Source: Azolla caroliniana
Taxonomy: Eukaryota > Plantae > Polypodiophyta
Assembly (NCBI GenBank): GCA_043228905.1
Contig: JBHGNT010000011.1
Location: 10,602,001-10,666,000, forward strand
Direction: 5' to 3'
DNA length: 64,000 nucleotides
Shown here: one piece after another, positions 34,766 through 47,905 of the stretch
Layout: each line of letters starts with the position of its first letter
Position numbering within the stretch: position 1 is the first letter of the stretch
Made by a program: the position numbers and the translations under genes
Notes under the pieces: generated by a model
Databases searched by the model: none
Told to the model about the DNA's origin: nothing
Seen by the model: only the letters and a program-made list of their open reading frames with translations

Positions 34766-37254
34766 TTCTTGTATTACATTGATTATTGTAAAAACTCTAG
34801 ATTATTCTATAATGTTCTAGAATGTCCTAGAGCATTCTAGGTCTAGAACATTCTAGAACATTCTAGAAATCTCTAAGCTATTCTATAGGAACCTATAAAT
34901 AAGCACATACATGTATTCTCAAATCAATTCGAATCAACACCAGTCTTTAGCTCTCATTACATATCTTGTATCCATTCTCTTTCTTTCTCTATCTTAAACA
35001 TACATTCTTCTCTATCCTTCTTCCATCACTCTATCTTTTATCCTTGGTTCTGACAGTTGCTTCCGGAAATATCATAGAAGAGTTAGAGCCCGTTAATATT
35101 GTCCTAGATAATCTAGCATGTGTAGTATCATTTAATATAATTAGCATCCCAGAACACCCCATTGTTTTAGGATTACCATGGTTCGAATTACATAACCTAG
35201 ACATAGATTGGAGAACAAGAGAAGTCCGATATCGAAAAGCCCGAGGGTCTACTCATGAGATTGCAACCATTTCGCTACATCAGTTGCGGGAAGGACGCAA
35301 GGAAGAAACGTTTCTCTTCGCAATAACAGTGAAGTCCTTAGACACCATTAAAGAGAACTCCACCGTTCAACTTTCAAAGAAGTATCATCATTATGCCGAT
35401 GTGTTTGATAAAGTACAAGCCAATACGCTTCCTCACCATCGACCGTATGATTGCCCCATCTATTTACAACCGGGGAAAGAGCCACCATGGGGACCGATCT
35501 AGAATTTGTCACCAACCGAGCTAGAAGTCCTACGAGCCTATATAGAGGAGAATTTGGAAAATGGTTTCATTCGGCATTCGAAATCTCCAGCCGGTGCACC
35601 CATTTTCTTCGTCAAGAAAAAGGATGGATCACTTCGTCGCGTTGTAGATTACCGTGGCTTGAATAAGGTTACAATTAGAAATAGGTATGCACTTCCCCTT
35701 ATCTCAAGTATTTTAGAACGGATCAATGGTGCAAGGTTCTTCACGAAGATCGACTTATGGGGAGCCTATAACCTCGTAGGGATCCGACCAGGAGATGAAT
35801 GGAAGACCGCATTTCGCACCAGATATGGGCACTTCGAGTATACGGTCATGCCGTTCGGCCTCACTAATGCGCCAACAGTCTTCCAACACATGGCAAATGA
35901 TATATTCTAAGATCTCTTGGATGTTTGTTTGATCATCTATTTGGATGATCTACTGGTTTATTCGAAGACCCAAGAAGAGCATGATTCTCATGTTCTGTTA
36001 GTACTAAAACAACTTCGAGAACATGGTCTTTATGCAAAGCTGGAAAAATGTAGTTTTGGGAGCAACCAGGTGGAATTTCTAGGCTATGTCATTTCCTCGG
36101 AAGGCATCTCCATGGACCTAGCTAAGGTCAAAACTGTGGTAGAGTGGCAGACTCCGCGTTCGGTGCGAGATGTGCAATGCTTTTTAGGCTTTGCCAATTT
36201 TTACCGGAAGTTCATACAGGATTGCTCAAAGATCGTTCTACCTCTCACACAACTTACCAAGAAGGGACAATTGTTCGTTTGGTCTGAGGAAGCAGACATG
36301 GCTTTTGAGAGTCTTTAAAAGGCATTTACATCACCTCCAATTCTAGCTCATGTCGATCCGGAAAAACCATTCATTATCGAAGCAGACGCATCGGATTTCG
36401 CATTTGGGAGCATTCTGTCACAACGGGGTAATTATGAGAAGCTACACCTTGTGGCTTTTCACTCACGCAAGTTTGACGCTGCCGAAATCAACTACGAAAT
36501 TCATGATAAGGAGCTATTGGCAATAGTGGACTCTTTTACGCAATGGAGGCATTTTTTAGAGGGATTCTCTCATCAAGTCACCGTATTCAGTGACCACAAA
36601 AACCTTGCCTACTTTCAGGACGCTCATGTGTTAAATTGACGTCAAGCTCGGTGGGCCCACTTCTTCACGCGTTTCGACTTCAAAATTACATATTGTCCGG
36701 GGTAGCACCAAGGGAAGGCAGATGCATTATCACGGCGTTCATACCTAGCACCGCATCCCGACGAGCCAGCTTTTGAAAACCAAAAGCAAGTAATCTTGGG
36801 ACCGACACGATTGCAAGCAACACATGTCTTTGGCATGCCCATGGATTCCCACGTTATCGATACTATACGTGAGGACTTGAAGACCGATGGTTTCGCCCAA
36901 GCCATTCTAGCACAAATTGATCCCTCTCGAGCATGTTGTTCACAATCGCAACCACCAGGTACGAACTATCGGCAATTCAAATACCATGATGGATTACTAT
37001 TCTTTAATGAACTCTTGTATGTTCCTAATGGTTCTTGCCACCTTCGAGTAGTCCAAAACTGTCATGAAACATATACAGCTGGGCATTTTGGTAGTACTAA
37101 AACATTAGATTTAGTACAACAATAATTTTGGTGGCCCCTTATACGAAAATTTGTTGAAGATTTTGTTCGGACTTATGATACATGCTGTAGAGCGAAAATG
37201 CCAAGACATCATCCATATGGTTTATTAGAACTGTAAAGAATCGTGTATGATTCT
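34766..37254 (+). repeat. Copy 2 of the 2489-bp duplication
   Basis: See 28612-31100. This copy continues into the full D LTR. Confidence 0.95.
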
Positions 37255-40200
37255 TGTGTAGCGGAGTAGGTGTAAACTGTGTGTGTGTGTATGAGAGAGT
37301 GCAAGAGACAAGGACTAAAACACAGAGAATACGCAAAGTAAAGTAAGGTATATTAACAAAGGAGAAAGACTCAACATGATACAAGGTGGGCAGAGGGTGC
37401 TTTATATAGTCACCCTGTCTCTTCATTAACTACAAGACTCATGGAGCACGGGGAATGTGAAAGCTCATAAGTTATGTGTCATAGAATATGATTCTATGAC
37501 TCATACTAAATGCTAGAATACAATGAGGTGACATAATGGTGACTCTTGACCGTTGGAGTGTCTATTCACTCTCAAGGTGAGTTCACACACTAGACCAAGT
37601 TGAGCTTGATTCTCAACACGCCCCTTCAAGCTCAAGTCGGGTCGGTTTCAGACGGTATCCGAAATCCGCTTCGACTCGCATTTATGCGGAGTTGCGGAAT
37701 CCGTGCTCCAGCTTGCGTTGTGCATGGTTGCGAAGTCTGTGATTCGGCTTGCGTCTTTCTTCGCGGCTTCGTTGCGCGGTTACAGAATCCATGCGTTATT
37801 GCGTAGTGTCTTGCGTGGTTGCGGAATCCACGCCGTAGTGTCTTGCGTGGTTGCGGAATCCACGCGTTATTGCGTAGTGTCTTGCGTACTCCCCCTCAAG
37901 CTTGGTAGGTCAGGGATCGTCAATCCGAGATCGGTCATGAATTGCCACAACTTGTCAGCTCCTAAGGCTTTAGTGAAGATGTCGGCCATTTGAAGATTGG
38001 TGCTAATGTGTTGTAGGTCGACATCGCCAGCTAGAACGCGCTCTCGGATGAAGTGATAGCGCACTTCGATGTGCTTTGTCCGCGCGTGGAACACCAGGTT
38101 CCGAGCCAGATAGATACTGCTAATGTTGTCGCAGTAAAGGGAAGTCGGATCCTTGATGGGTACGCCCAGATCCTTGAGTATCCTTTTGAGCTATACGGCT
38201 TCACATGCGGCCACTGTTGCGCCGTTGTATTCTGCCTATGTGCTCGAAAGAGCGACGGTTGGTTGCTTTTTGCTGCTCCAGGATATTGCTCCGCTGCCGA
38301 GGGAGAAAACAAATCTGGAGGTTGATCTTCTATCGGCTTTGTAGCCGGCCCAATCGGCGTCTGTGTACCCCTCGAGTCGTATTGGTATCGCAGTCTTGTA
38401 GAGGATGCCGTAATCCATTGTGCCGCTCACGTATCGTAGAACTCGCTTAGCGCACTCCAAGCGAGTATCACGTGGTGTTTGCATGAATTGGCTAAGGAGA
38501 CCGACCGGATAACTGAGATCGGGTCGAGTGATCGTGAGGTAGATCAGACTCCCGATGAGTTGCCGATATTGGGTCGACTCACACGCTTTGGTGCCGGAGT
38601 TCGCATTGAGTTTCAGATTGCGATCGATCGGGGTTGCCGCGGATTTGCACTCAGCCATCGTGAACTTGTATAACAAGTTGAGGATGTAGTGCCGTTGAGA
38701 GATCATGATTCCGACCGGAGTTCGAATTACCTCGATGCCGAGGAAGTATTGGAGCTCCTTCATGTCCGTCATCTCGAATTTGTCGGAAAGGAGGGATTTG
38801 ACCTTATTGATTTCGACGAGATGCTCATCTCCAATGACTAGGTCATCCACATATAAGATGATGACGATCGTACTTGCGGAATCGCTTCGTATGTAGAGGG
38901 AGTTGTTCGATTTTGACATACGGAAGCCGATTTGATGAAGATATTGCGTTATCTTCGAATGCCAAGCATGCAGAGCTTGCTTGAGGCTGTAGAGTGGCTT
39001 CTTGAGTCGGCATACAGCTTTCGGATGGGTGCTTGAGTTGAAGCCGGATGGTTGTATCATGTACACCTCCTCTTCTAATTTACCATGTAGAAAGGCGTTC
39101 TTGACGTCCATTTGATGGAGGTGCCACCCTTTCGCCATGGCAAGCGCAATTACAATCCGTACCATTGTCATCTTTGCCACCGGGGCAAAGGTCTCCTCAT
39201 AGTCAACTCCGTGCGTTTGGGTGTAGCCTTTCGCCACGAGTCGCGCTTTGTAGCGGTTGACAGAACCGTCGGCGTTGTACTTCACTTAGTAAATCCATCT
39301 GCATGCGATTGCCTTTTTGTGTGGTGAGGTGGGAACAAGATCCCACATCTCGTTCTTGCGTAGTGCCTGCATCTCCTTGTTCATGGCTTCGATCCATCGC
39401 GGATCCTGGGCTGCTTCGGAAAATGTTTCCGGCTCGCGTACTATCTCCACCTTCATCATAAAGGCATAGTGATATGCCATGTAGTTGTTGTAGTTGAATC
39501 GGCTGACCGGATTCTTTTCACGGCTGGAGCGACAAAGCTTTTCATTTGCAGAGATGAGGGCTTTCTTAGCTCCAATTGGTACATCGAAGCCGCCGAACTC
39601 ACTGTCGAGTGAGTGAGTCGACTCACCGTCGTCGACGCGATCGTCTGCGTATTCCGCCATTTTCGCCTTGCCTTTGTCCATCTTCGAGCTAAACCGTGAT
39701 GTGCTTTGATTGGTCAAAGGTTCTTGTGGTCCGCTCAGTCGGGTCGTGATCGGACTTTCTTCGAACATGTGCGTACGGGGGAGTGTCGAATACGAGTGTA
39801 TAATGGCCGTATTCACATTGTCCCTTTGGACAGCCCAAGTTTGGGCCATTTCTGTAAATAACATAAAGGGCAGTTACCCTAGGATAGTCACTATATAAAG
39901 TGACTTTGTAACCTTTAGTGAAGGTTGGTTGTCATTTGTAACAGTTGCTATTGGAATATAACGTTTCCTTTGTGCCTCTCTCTCTCTCTCTCTCTCTCCC
40001 TTTATGTCTATCTTGCTCATGCATACACAGGTTCTTCCTCATCACGAATGTTGCTTGCACTTCCGCATTGACGGCCTTGTCCCCAACACAATCTTCATCC
40101 TCTATCTCTTGTTCGGTGGATTCTGGGTTGAGCAGAGTCAGAATCAGAGTTGTCTCTGGAGAGTACCAGGATGTGGACTCGTCGAAAACGACGTCTCGAC

Positions 40201-43061
40201 TTACGCGAGATTTTCGAGTTGAGGGGTTGTAGCACTTGTACCCCTTTTGTTCCAATGAGTATCCTACGAGGATACATTTCTCCGACTTCGGATCAAGCTT
40301 TTGACGCTTCTCATCGGGGATGTGCACGTATGCTATTGCGCTGAATATCCATGTGTGCGATAAGTCCGGCTTCTTTCCGAAGTATTTTTCGTGTGGAGTG
40401 ACCTCGTCCACGCCGGATGTTGTGCACCGGTTAATTAGGTAGATGGCCGTATTTGCAGCTTCGGCCCAATAAGACTTGGGCATATCCTTCTCGTTCATCA
40501 TGGCCCGTGCTACTTCGAGGATGTGCCGATTTTTGCGCTCGGCTACTCCGTTTTGTTGCGGAGTGTGTTGGCAAGTGAATTCTCGCCGAATTCCTTCCTT
40601 TCGGAGATACGCCGTGAAATCGTCTGAGAAGTACTCCATGCCGCCATCCGATCGAAGGCATCGTACATGTCGGCCTGTGGCTTTCTCGACTTCATTCTTG
40701 AATTTTTGGAAGTATCCGAACACTTCGCTCTTTTGCCGCATCGGGTAGATCTAGGTGTGCCTAGAGAAGTCGTCAATGAAGAGCACGTAATATCAGCATC
40801 CGCCGAATGTAGCCGTCTATGCCGGTCCCCATACGTCAGAATGGACTACATCGAGTAGACCTTTGCTCACGTTCCGCTCTTTCAGGAATGGGTGTCGGTG
40901 TTGCTTGCCGAATTGGCACGCTTCGCATACACCTTCAATCTCCTTCTCTTTGAATGTCGGGAGTCTGATGATGACTCCTTTCGATTTCATTGCTTTGAGT
41001 TTGTTGAGATTGATGTGGCCGATTCGCTTGTGCCATAGCTCTATGTCGAAGTCGGCTTTCGTGCTTTTTGCGAACATGGCAGATTTCATCTCGTGTGAAT
41101 TGAGAATGAACATCCGGCCCTCTCTTCCTCCACGCGCGATGATTCGGCCCTCTTTTTCGATGAAGCACCCTTCTTGGTCGAATCGTACTTGCATCCCTTG
41201 CTCAAACATTTGGCCGACTGAGACCAAATTCTTCATGATGGTGGGAACATGCAAAACATTTTTAATGTATGTTTGCTTACCTCTTTCGCCGAACGGAACA
41301 TTGCCGATGTGCCGAATTGTGTGCGTAGTGTCATCTCCGGTTTCGACATAACCGGGTCGCTCCGGCTCTTGAAGTTCGAGAAACCATTCTTTATGAGATG
41401 TCATATGGTTTGAGGCTCCGGAGTCAACAAACCATACGTCCTCCGGATTGAGGGCACTAGTCGAGGTAGAGGCCGACATAGAGTTTGCTCTATGTTTCAT
41501 CATGAACATTCCACCACGGTCAGAGTTGTGTGCATGCATTTCGCCACGATCTTCGTAGTCAGAGTTGTGCATGTACATTCCGCTATACTCTTCGTAGTCG
41601 GAATTGCACGCGTAATTCGTGAGTTGTCGGCTTGTGGAAGCCGATTCACGCATCTTCTTTCGGAACTCTTCTTAGTGGTGGCCAAGCTTTCCGCAATATC
41701 CGCATTCGGTTGCGTTTTGACAGCTCGGGCCGGAGTGGAAGCTCCCCCTTCTTGCGAAGCTTCCTCGTTGGCTTCCGTTTTGCGGCCGAAATTGGGAGTT
41801 GTTGTCGTAGGTCGGACCTCGTCCGCCTTGTCCTTGGTCGAATCAACCTCTCGCTCGTCCGCATCCTCTTCCTTCGTTTGAGTGCGTGTAGAGCATGTGG
41901 TCTTCCGACTCGTTGCTCCTTGTACGCACGTGGTTTTCTTCGACCGATAGCATTGATTGGAGCTCGAAGGAGGGAAATTTCTCCCTTGCTAGAACGGCGG
42001 TTCACATCGCGTCGAACCGTGGTGCGAGGCCGCCGAGGCATATTTGCACCATCTCATCATCATCTATACTTACACTTATTGAGCCGAGTGAATCGCAAAG
42101 CTCCTTGATCTTTGAGGTGTATGTCGTGGTGGACATGTCCCTTTGTTGAATGTTATTCAACTCTTGGCGGAGGTGAAGCCTTCTTGCGGTTGTGTTCGCT
42201 GTGAAAATCTTTCGTAGATTTTCCCATGCCTCCTTCGGCATCTTGGCTTCGCGAATGTAGCCGAGCATGTGATCGTGACCACATGTCGCCAAGCAATACA
42301 TCACACGGCTTGGGGTTTGCTCCCATGTCGCATATCCAGGAGCCGCTTCGGCGGGTCGGTATTCGTGCTCTCCTTTGATGTAGCTCCAATAGCCTTATCC
42401 GACAAGGTATTGGTGCATCTTGTACTCCCAAGATGCGAAGTTGTTTCGATCTAACTTCTCGGTAGGGAGAGCGCTCCCCATTTGAGTATTCATTATGTCG
42501 ATTCTTCTTCTTCTTCTTCTCTCTGCGAATGCGAGCTATGTAGCGAAGCTACGATAGCGATGAGCCGGTTCTTGGTCGTCGGCGTAGAGCACAACACACG
42601 ATCACGATGAGGCGAATGGGTTAGATTGAGCTAGCAAATCGCTCTGATACCATGTAAAGAATCGTGTATGATTCTTGTGTAGCGGAGTAGGTGTAAATTG
42701 TGTGTGTGTGTGTGTGTGTGTATGAGAGAGAGAGAGAGAGAGTGCAAGAGACTAGGAGTAAAACACAGAGAATACGCAAAGTAAAGTAAGGTATATTAAC
42801 AAAGGAGAAAGACTCAACATGATACAAGGTGGGAGGAGGGTGCTTTATATAGTCACCCTCTCTCTTCATTAACTACAAAACTCATGGAGCACAGGGAATG
42901 TGAAAGCTCATAAGTTATGTGTCATAGAATATGATTCTATGACTCATACTAAATGCTAGAATACAAAGAGGTGACATAATGGTGACTCTTGACCGTTGAA
43001 GTGTCTATTCACTCTCAAGGTGAGTTTACACACTAGACCAAGTTGAGCTTGATTCTCAACA
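37232..43061 (-). mobile_element. Full-length degenerate Ty1/copia D inserted in the integrase of A
   Basis: LTRs 37232-37618 and 42653-43061 with a perfect TSD AGAAC, PBS-iMet at 42641-42652 and PPT at 37619-37630. Domains are gag, WFVDSGASNHMT, LRSDGG/QQNGVAERKN, RT LYVDD and RNase H DADWAG. Confidence 0.95.
39775..40088 (+). mobile_element. Orphan PPT + LTR remnant inside D
   Basis: acgggggag is followed by TGTCGAA (39784), a TATA (ctatataaag), a (CT)n tract and the end CCCCAACA (40088). It interrupts D between EQEIEDED and HMFEESP. No TSD. Confidence 0.65.
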
Positions 43062-44015
43062 AGAACCATTACCAATTCCAAGCAAGACGTGGCAATCCAT
43101 TGCTCTAGACTTCATCACAGATCTTCCACTCTCTAAGGGGTTCAATGCGATTCTAACAGTCGTAGATCGATATACGAAGATGGCTCATTTCTTGCCATGT
43201 ACTAAGGAAATCTCCAGTGAAGAAACTGCTGAAATTGTCATGTGTGAAACATGTCAGCATCATGGCCTTCCCGATAGTATCATCAGTGACTGTGGACCCC
43301 AGTTCGTATCAAAATTCTAGAAGCACCTTTTTAAAATGCTCAAAGTCACTTGTAACCTCTCCTCCGGCTACCACCCACAAACCAATGGCCAAGCAGAACG
43401 AACAAATCAAATGCTGGAGCAGTATCTTCGGTGCTTTTTAAGCTATCATCAGGATGTGTGGGTAGATATTCTCCACTTCGCCGAATTTGCCTATAATAAC
43501 TCTGTCCACGCATTGACTAAAGTTACGTCATTTTATGCTTATACCGGTTGTCACCCCCGGTGGTGTGTATTTGAAAGCCCAGAGTTGTCCACAAATCCTT
43601 GCGCAGAGGATCGTTTAGAGCGGTTACGCAAGATACAAGTCGATTTATCTACTCATCTCCAACAAGCTCAACAAACACACAAGGTTTACGCAGATCGTCA
43701 TCGACATCCATCCAGTTTTAACATTGGAGATCGGATATGGCTACTACGATGACACATCAAGACTACTTGCCCATGCGAGAAGTTGGATTATCGGCGATTA
43801 GGTCCTTTTCGTATTATAGCAAAGATTAATGATGTCTCTTTTCGTCTCAATCTACCTCCACAACTTCGGATACATCTGGTGTTTCATAGTTCGCTCCTCG
43901 AACCCTATCAAGAGAGCACCATCCCAGGATGTATTTTGCAGCCTCCACCCCCGATCGAGCTTGAAGATGGACCTGAGTACGAGGTTGCCGCCATCTTTGA
44001 TTCCAAGATTTTTCG

Positions 44016-47000
44016 TGTTGAGAGATATAGCTCAACTTAGTTAGTTAGTTAGTCAACACATGTAACTTAGTAGTTACATAGATAGAATGTAGTTACTGTG
44101 TTGACCATAAAGCCTTAAATAGGATTTTGTACTCGAGTGGGATACATTGTAGATCCACCACTCCATGCTCATTTAATATAGGACTTACACGTTGTACCTA
44201 TATTCTCCTAGCACATGTGCACCCTTGCACATGAAATCTATATATACCTCATTGAAGGTATTTTTGTATTTGATGATGTTTTATAATATACACTCTAGTT
44301 TCCTCATCCCCCATCTTGTGTTATTCATAAGTGTATCTCTCTCTCTCTCTCTCTCTCTTCCTCTCACACACATACACACATATCACTTAATCTTCCGCGC
44401 TTAATTTAATCACATAATTAGGTACTAATTAACTCTTAATTACCTACCTAATTCTTAACATGGTATCAGACCGCGTGGTTTAGAAAATCCACTAAGCCCA
44501 CCCGACTCCATGATTGTGTGCTCAAAACGCCGACGACAAATTCCAACCATTCGCTACCGTAGTGCCGCTACATAACACAAGTACGTGATCGAAGAAAGAA
44601 GAGCCAAAAAGGAAGACACAAAACAACATGAACACACAAATGGGTAGCTCGCTCCCTAGTGAAAAGCTAGACCGGAGCAATTATTCATCTTGGGAGTACA
44701 AGATGACCCAATACCTCGTCGGCCAAGGATATTGGAGCTACATCAACGGCGCACTCGAGAACAAGCCCGACAACACAAACGCCAACCACCCAACGTGGGA
44801 GCAAGGAGTGAGTCGGGTAATGTATTGCTTGGCAACATGTGTCCACGACCACATGCTTAGCCACATTCGAGATGCCAAGACGCCTAAAGAGGCGTGGGAG
44901 AACTTAAAGAAAATGTTCGCCGCCAACACGACCGTCCGCAGACTTCAACTCCGGCAAGAGTTGAATAACATTCGGCAAAAAGACATGTCCATGTCGGACT
45001 ACACCACCAAAATCAAGAGCATTTGTGACTCGCTTGGCTCCATCAACATAAACGTCGACGAAGATGAGATGGTTCAAGTATGCTTGGGCGGCCTCGCACA
45101 ACAATTTGATCCACTACGGACGGCAATCTTGGCGAGAGAAAACCCTCCTTTGTTCTTTGACCTCCAATCGATGTTATTGATCGAAGAAAACCACGTCCGA
45201 ACCAAAAGCAAGGCACCGGAAGGACAAATGTTCTTCTCGAATTCGGACGGTGGTCGAGGAAGAGGTCGTGGCGGTAGAAGAGGAATCCTCGAGGAACCTT
45301 CGAAAGAAGGGGGAGCTTCCAAGTCAAACAAGGTCGGCAAACGAGGCCCGCAACTTGCAATTATTGTGGCAAAATCGGACACTATGAGGCGGAGTGTCGG
45401 AAGAAAAAGAAGCGAGTCGGCGTCGACAAACCGACAACTCACAAACTACGCCAACAACTCTGAATACGAGGATTACGGCGGACTATTCGTAATGCGGCAT
45501 AGAGCGAACTTTATGACGGCCTCCGACTCCGCAAGCATCTCCAATCCGGAAGATGTGTGGTTCGTAGATTCCGGCGCCTCACATCACATGACATCCCACG
45601 AAGAGTGGTTTCGCGATTTAGGAACGCCGGATTGACCCGGCATTAAAAGACAGGAGGTGACACCACGCACCCCATTCGGCACATCGGCAATGTCCCATTT
45701 GGGAAAGAAGGCGAACAAACTTTCATCAAGAATGTCTTGCACGTGCCCACAATAACGAAGAATTTGGTCTCGATCGGCCAAATCGCGGAGCAAGGCATGC
45801 AAGTCCGCTTCAACAACGAAGGTTGTTTCATTGAGAAAGATGGTTGAGTCGTAGCTAAGGGGTGGAGAGACGGCCGAATGTTCATCCTCGATTCGAACAA
45901 GCCGAATGTTCATCTTGCAATGTACGCTAAAGGTCTCAAAAACGAGACGAACATCGAGTTGTGGCACAAGAGAATCGGCCACATAAACCTCCAACGTCTT
46001 CGAGCGATGCAAACCAAGGGAGTCGTCATCGGACTTCCGACATTCGAGTCGAAACGAGTCGACCAAGTATGCGAAGCGTGTCAACTCGGCAAACAACATT
46101 GACTCCCATTCCCGAAGGAGAGCTCCGCGAGCAAAGGCCTCCTCAACATCATACACTCAGATGTATGGGGACTGGCTCAAATGCCGACGATCAGCGGATG
46201 TCGATACTACGTAACCTTCATCGATGACTACTCGCGCTACGTGTGGATCTACCCCATGAAGAAGAAGAGCGAAGTGCTCTCCCACTTCCAAAAGCTCAAG
46301 GGGCAAGTCGAAAAAGAAACCGGTCGGCACATTCGACGCCTACTATTATATGGAGGGAAGGAGTACTCCTCTGACGAGTTCACCTCGTACCTCCATAGTG
46401 AAGGCATTCGGCGAGAATTCTCATGCCGACACACACCCCAACAAAATGGAGTCTCCGAAAGGAAAAATCGGCAAATACTTGAGGTAGTATAGGCCATGTT
46501 ACATGAGAAAAACATGTCGAACTTCTATTGGGCCGAAGCGGCATCTACGGTTGTCTATCTCATGAACTGGTGCACCACCAATGGAGTCCATGATCTAACT
46601 CCCTACGATCTCCTCGTCGGAAGGAAGTCGATCCTGTCGCATCTCAAAGTGTTCGGAAGCATTGCAAATGTACGCATCCCAAACGAACAACGACAGAAGC
46701 CCGACACGAAGTCGGAAGAATGTATCCTTATAGGATACTTGTCCGAGAAGAAAGCATACAAGTGCTACAACCCTTCTACCCGAGCGGTTCAGGTAAGTCG
46801 AGACATAGTCTTCGACGAGTCAGCATCGTGGTATGCACCGGAGGCAACTTCTACTCCGACTCCGGTCGACCCAGAATCCGCCGAACAAGAGGTAGAAGAT
46901 GGAGATCGCTTCTAATACATGTTCGAAGAAAGTCCAATTATGACCGAGCTTAGTGGGCCACAAGAGCCCCCACGCGACCCAAGCACGTTGCGGCCAAGTA

Positions 47001-47905
47001 CGGACTTGGACAAAGGCAAAGGTAAGATGCCCGAATACGAAGTCGATCACCCCGATGACAATGATTCGGATGGATCGGCTCCCTCACTAGACAGTGAGTT
47101 CGGTGTACCCATCATGCGTACACCCGGAGTACAGAAGGCGCTCACATCGGCGACCGAAAAACTTCGACGCTCTTCTAGAGAGAAGAATCCTGTCACTCGG
47201 CTCGGCTACAACGAGTATATGGCCCATCATTACACCTTCACGATGAAGGTAGCGGCCGAACAAAAGCCCAAGATCCCCATCGATGCGGCTCATAACCCAC
47301 GATGGGTGGAAGTAGTCAACCTTCACCCACACACTACAAGCCTTTGTCACCGGCTTGAGGGGGAGGAACCGAGATTGCCACGACGAGGAAAGCCGAAGGC
47401 CGGACGGAAGTTGGACAGAAAACAACGCCAGATGTCGGACGCCTCACACTTGAGCTGGAGGGGGCGTGTTGGGAGATCTAGCTCAACTTAGTTTAGTTAG
47501 TTAGTCAACACATGTAACTTAGTAGTTACATAGATAGAATCTAGTTAGATTGTTGACCATAAAGCCTTAAATAGGATTTTGTACTCGAGTGGGATACATT
47601 GTAGATCCACCACTCCATGCTCATTTAATATAGGACTTACACGTTGTACCTATATTCTCCTAGCACATGTGCACCCTTGCACATGAAACCTACATATACT
47701 TCATTGAAGGTATTTTTGTATTTGATGATGTTTTATAATATATACTCTAGTTTACTCATCCCCCATCTTGTGTTATTCATAAGTGTATCTCTCTCTCTCT
47801 CTCTCTCTTCCTCTCACACACATACACACATATCACTTAATCTTCCGCGCTTAACTTAATCACATAATTAGGAACTAATTAACTCTTAATTACCTACCTA
47901 ATTCT
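44016..47905 (+). mobile_element. Internally deleted Ty1/copia E (gag-PR-IN, no RT/RNase H) inserted in the chromodomain of A
   Basis: LTRs 44016-44460 and 47467-47905; the last bases and the TSD are lost by a small deletion. PBS TGGTATCAGA at 44461. The coding region jumps from PRWVEV directly to the 3' end at ~47315. Confidence 0.92.

Noticed and set aside
33833-34840. 335-aa ORF as an intact gene
   Set aside because: It is Copia gag-protease truncated at 34765 and running into duplicated LTR sequence.
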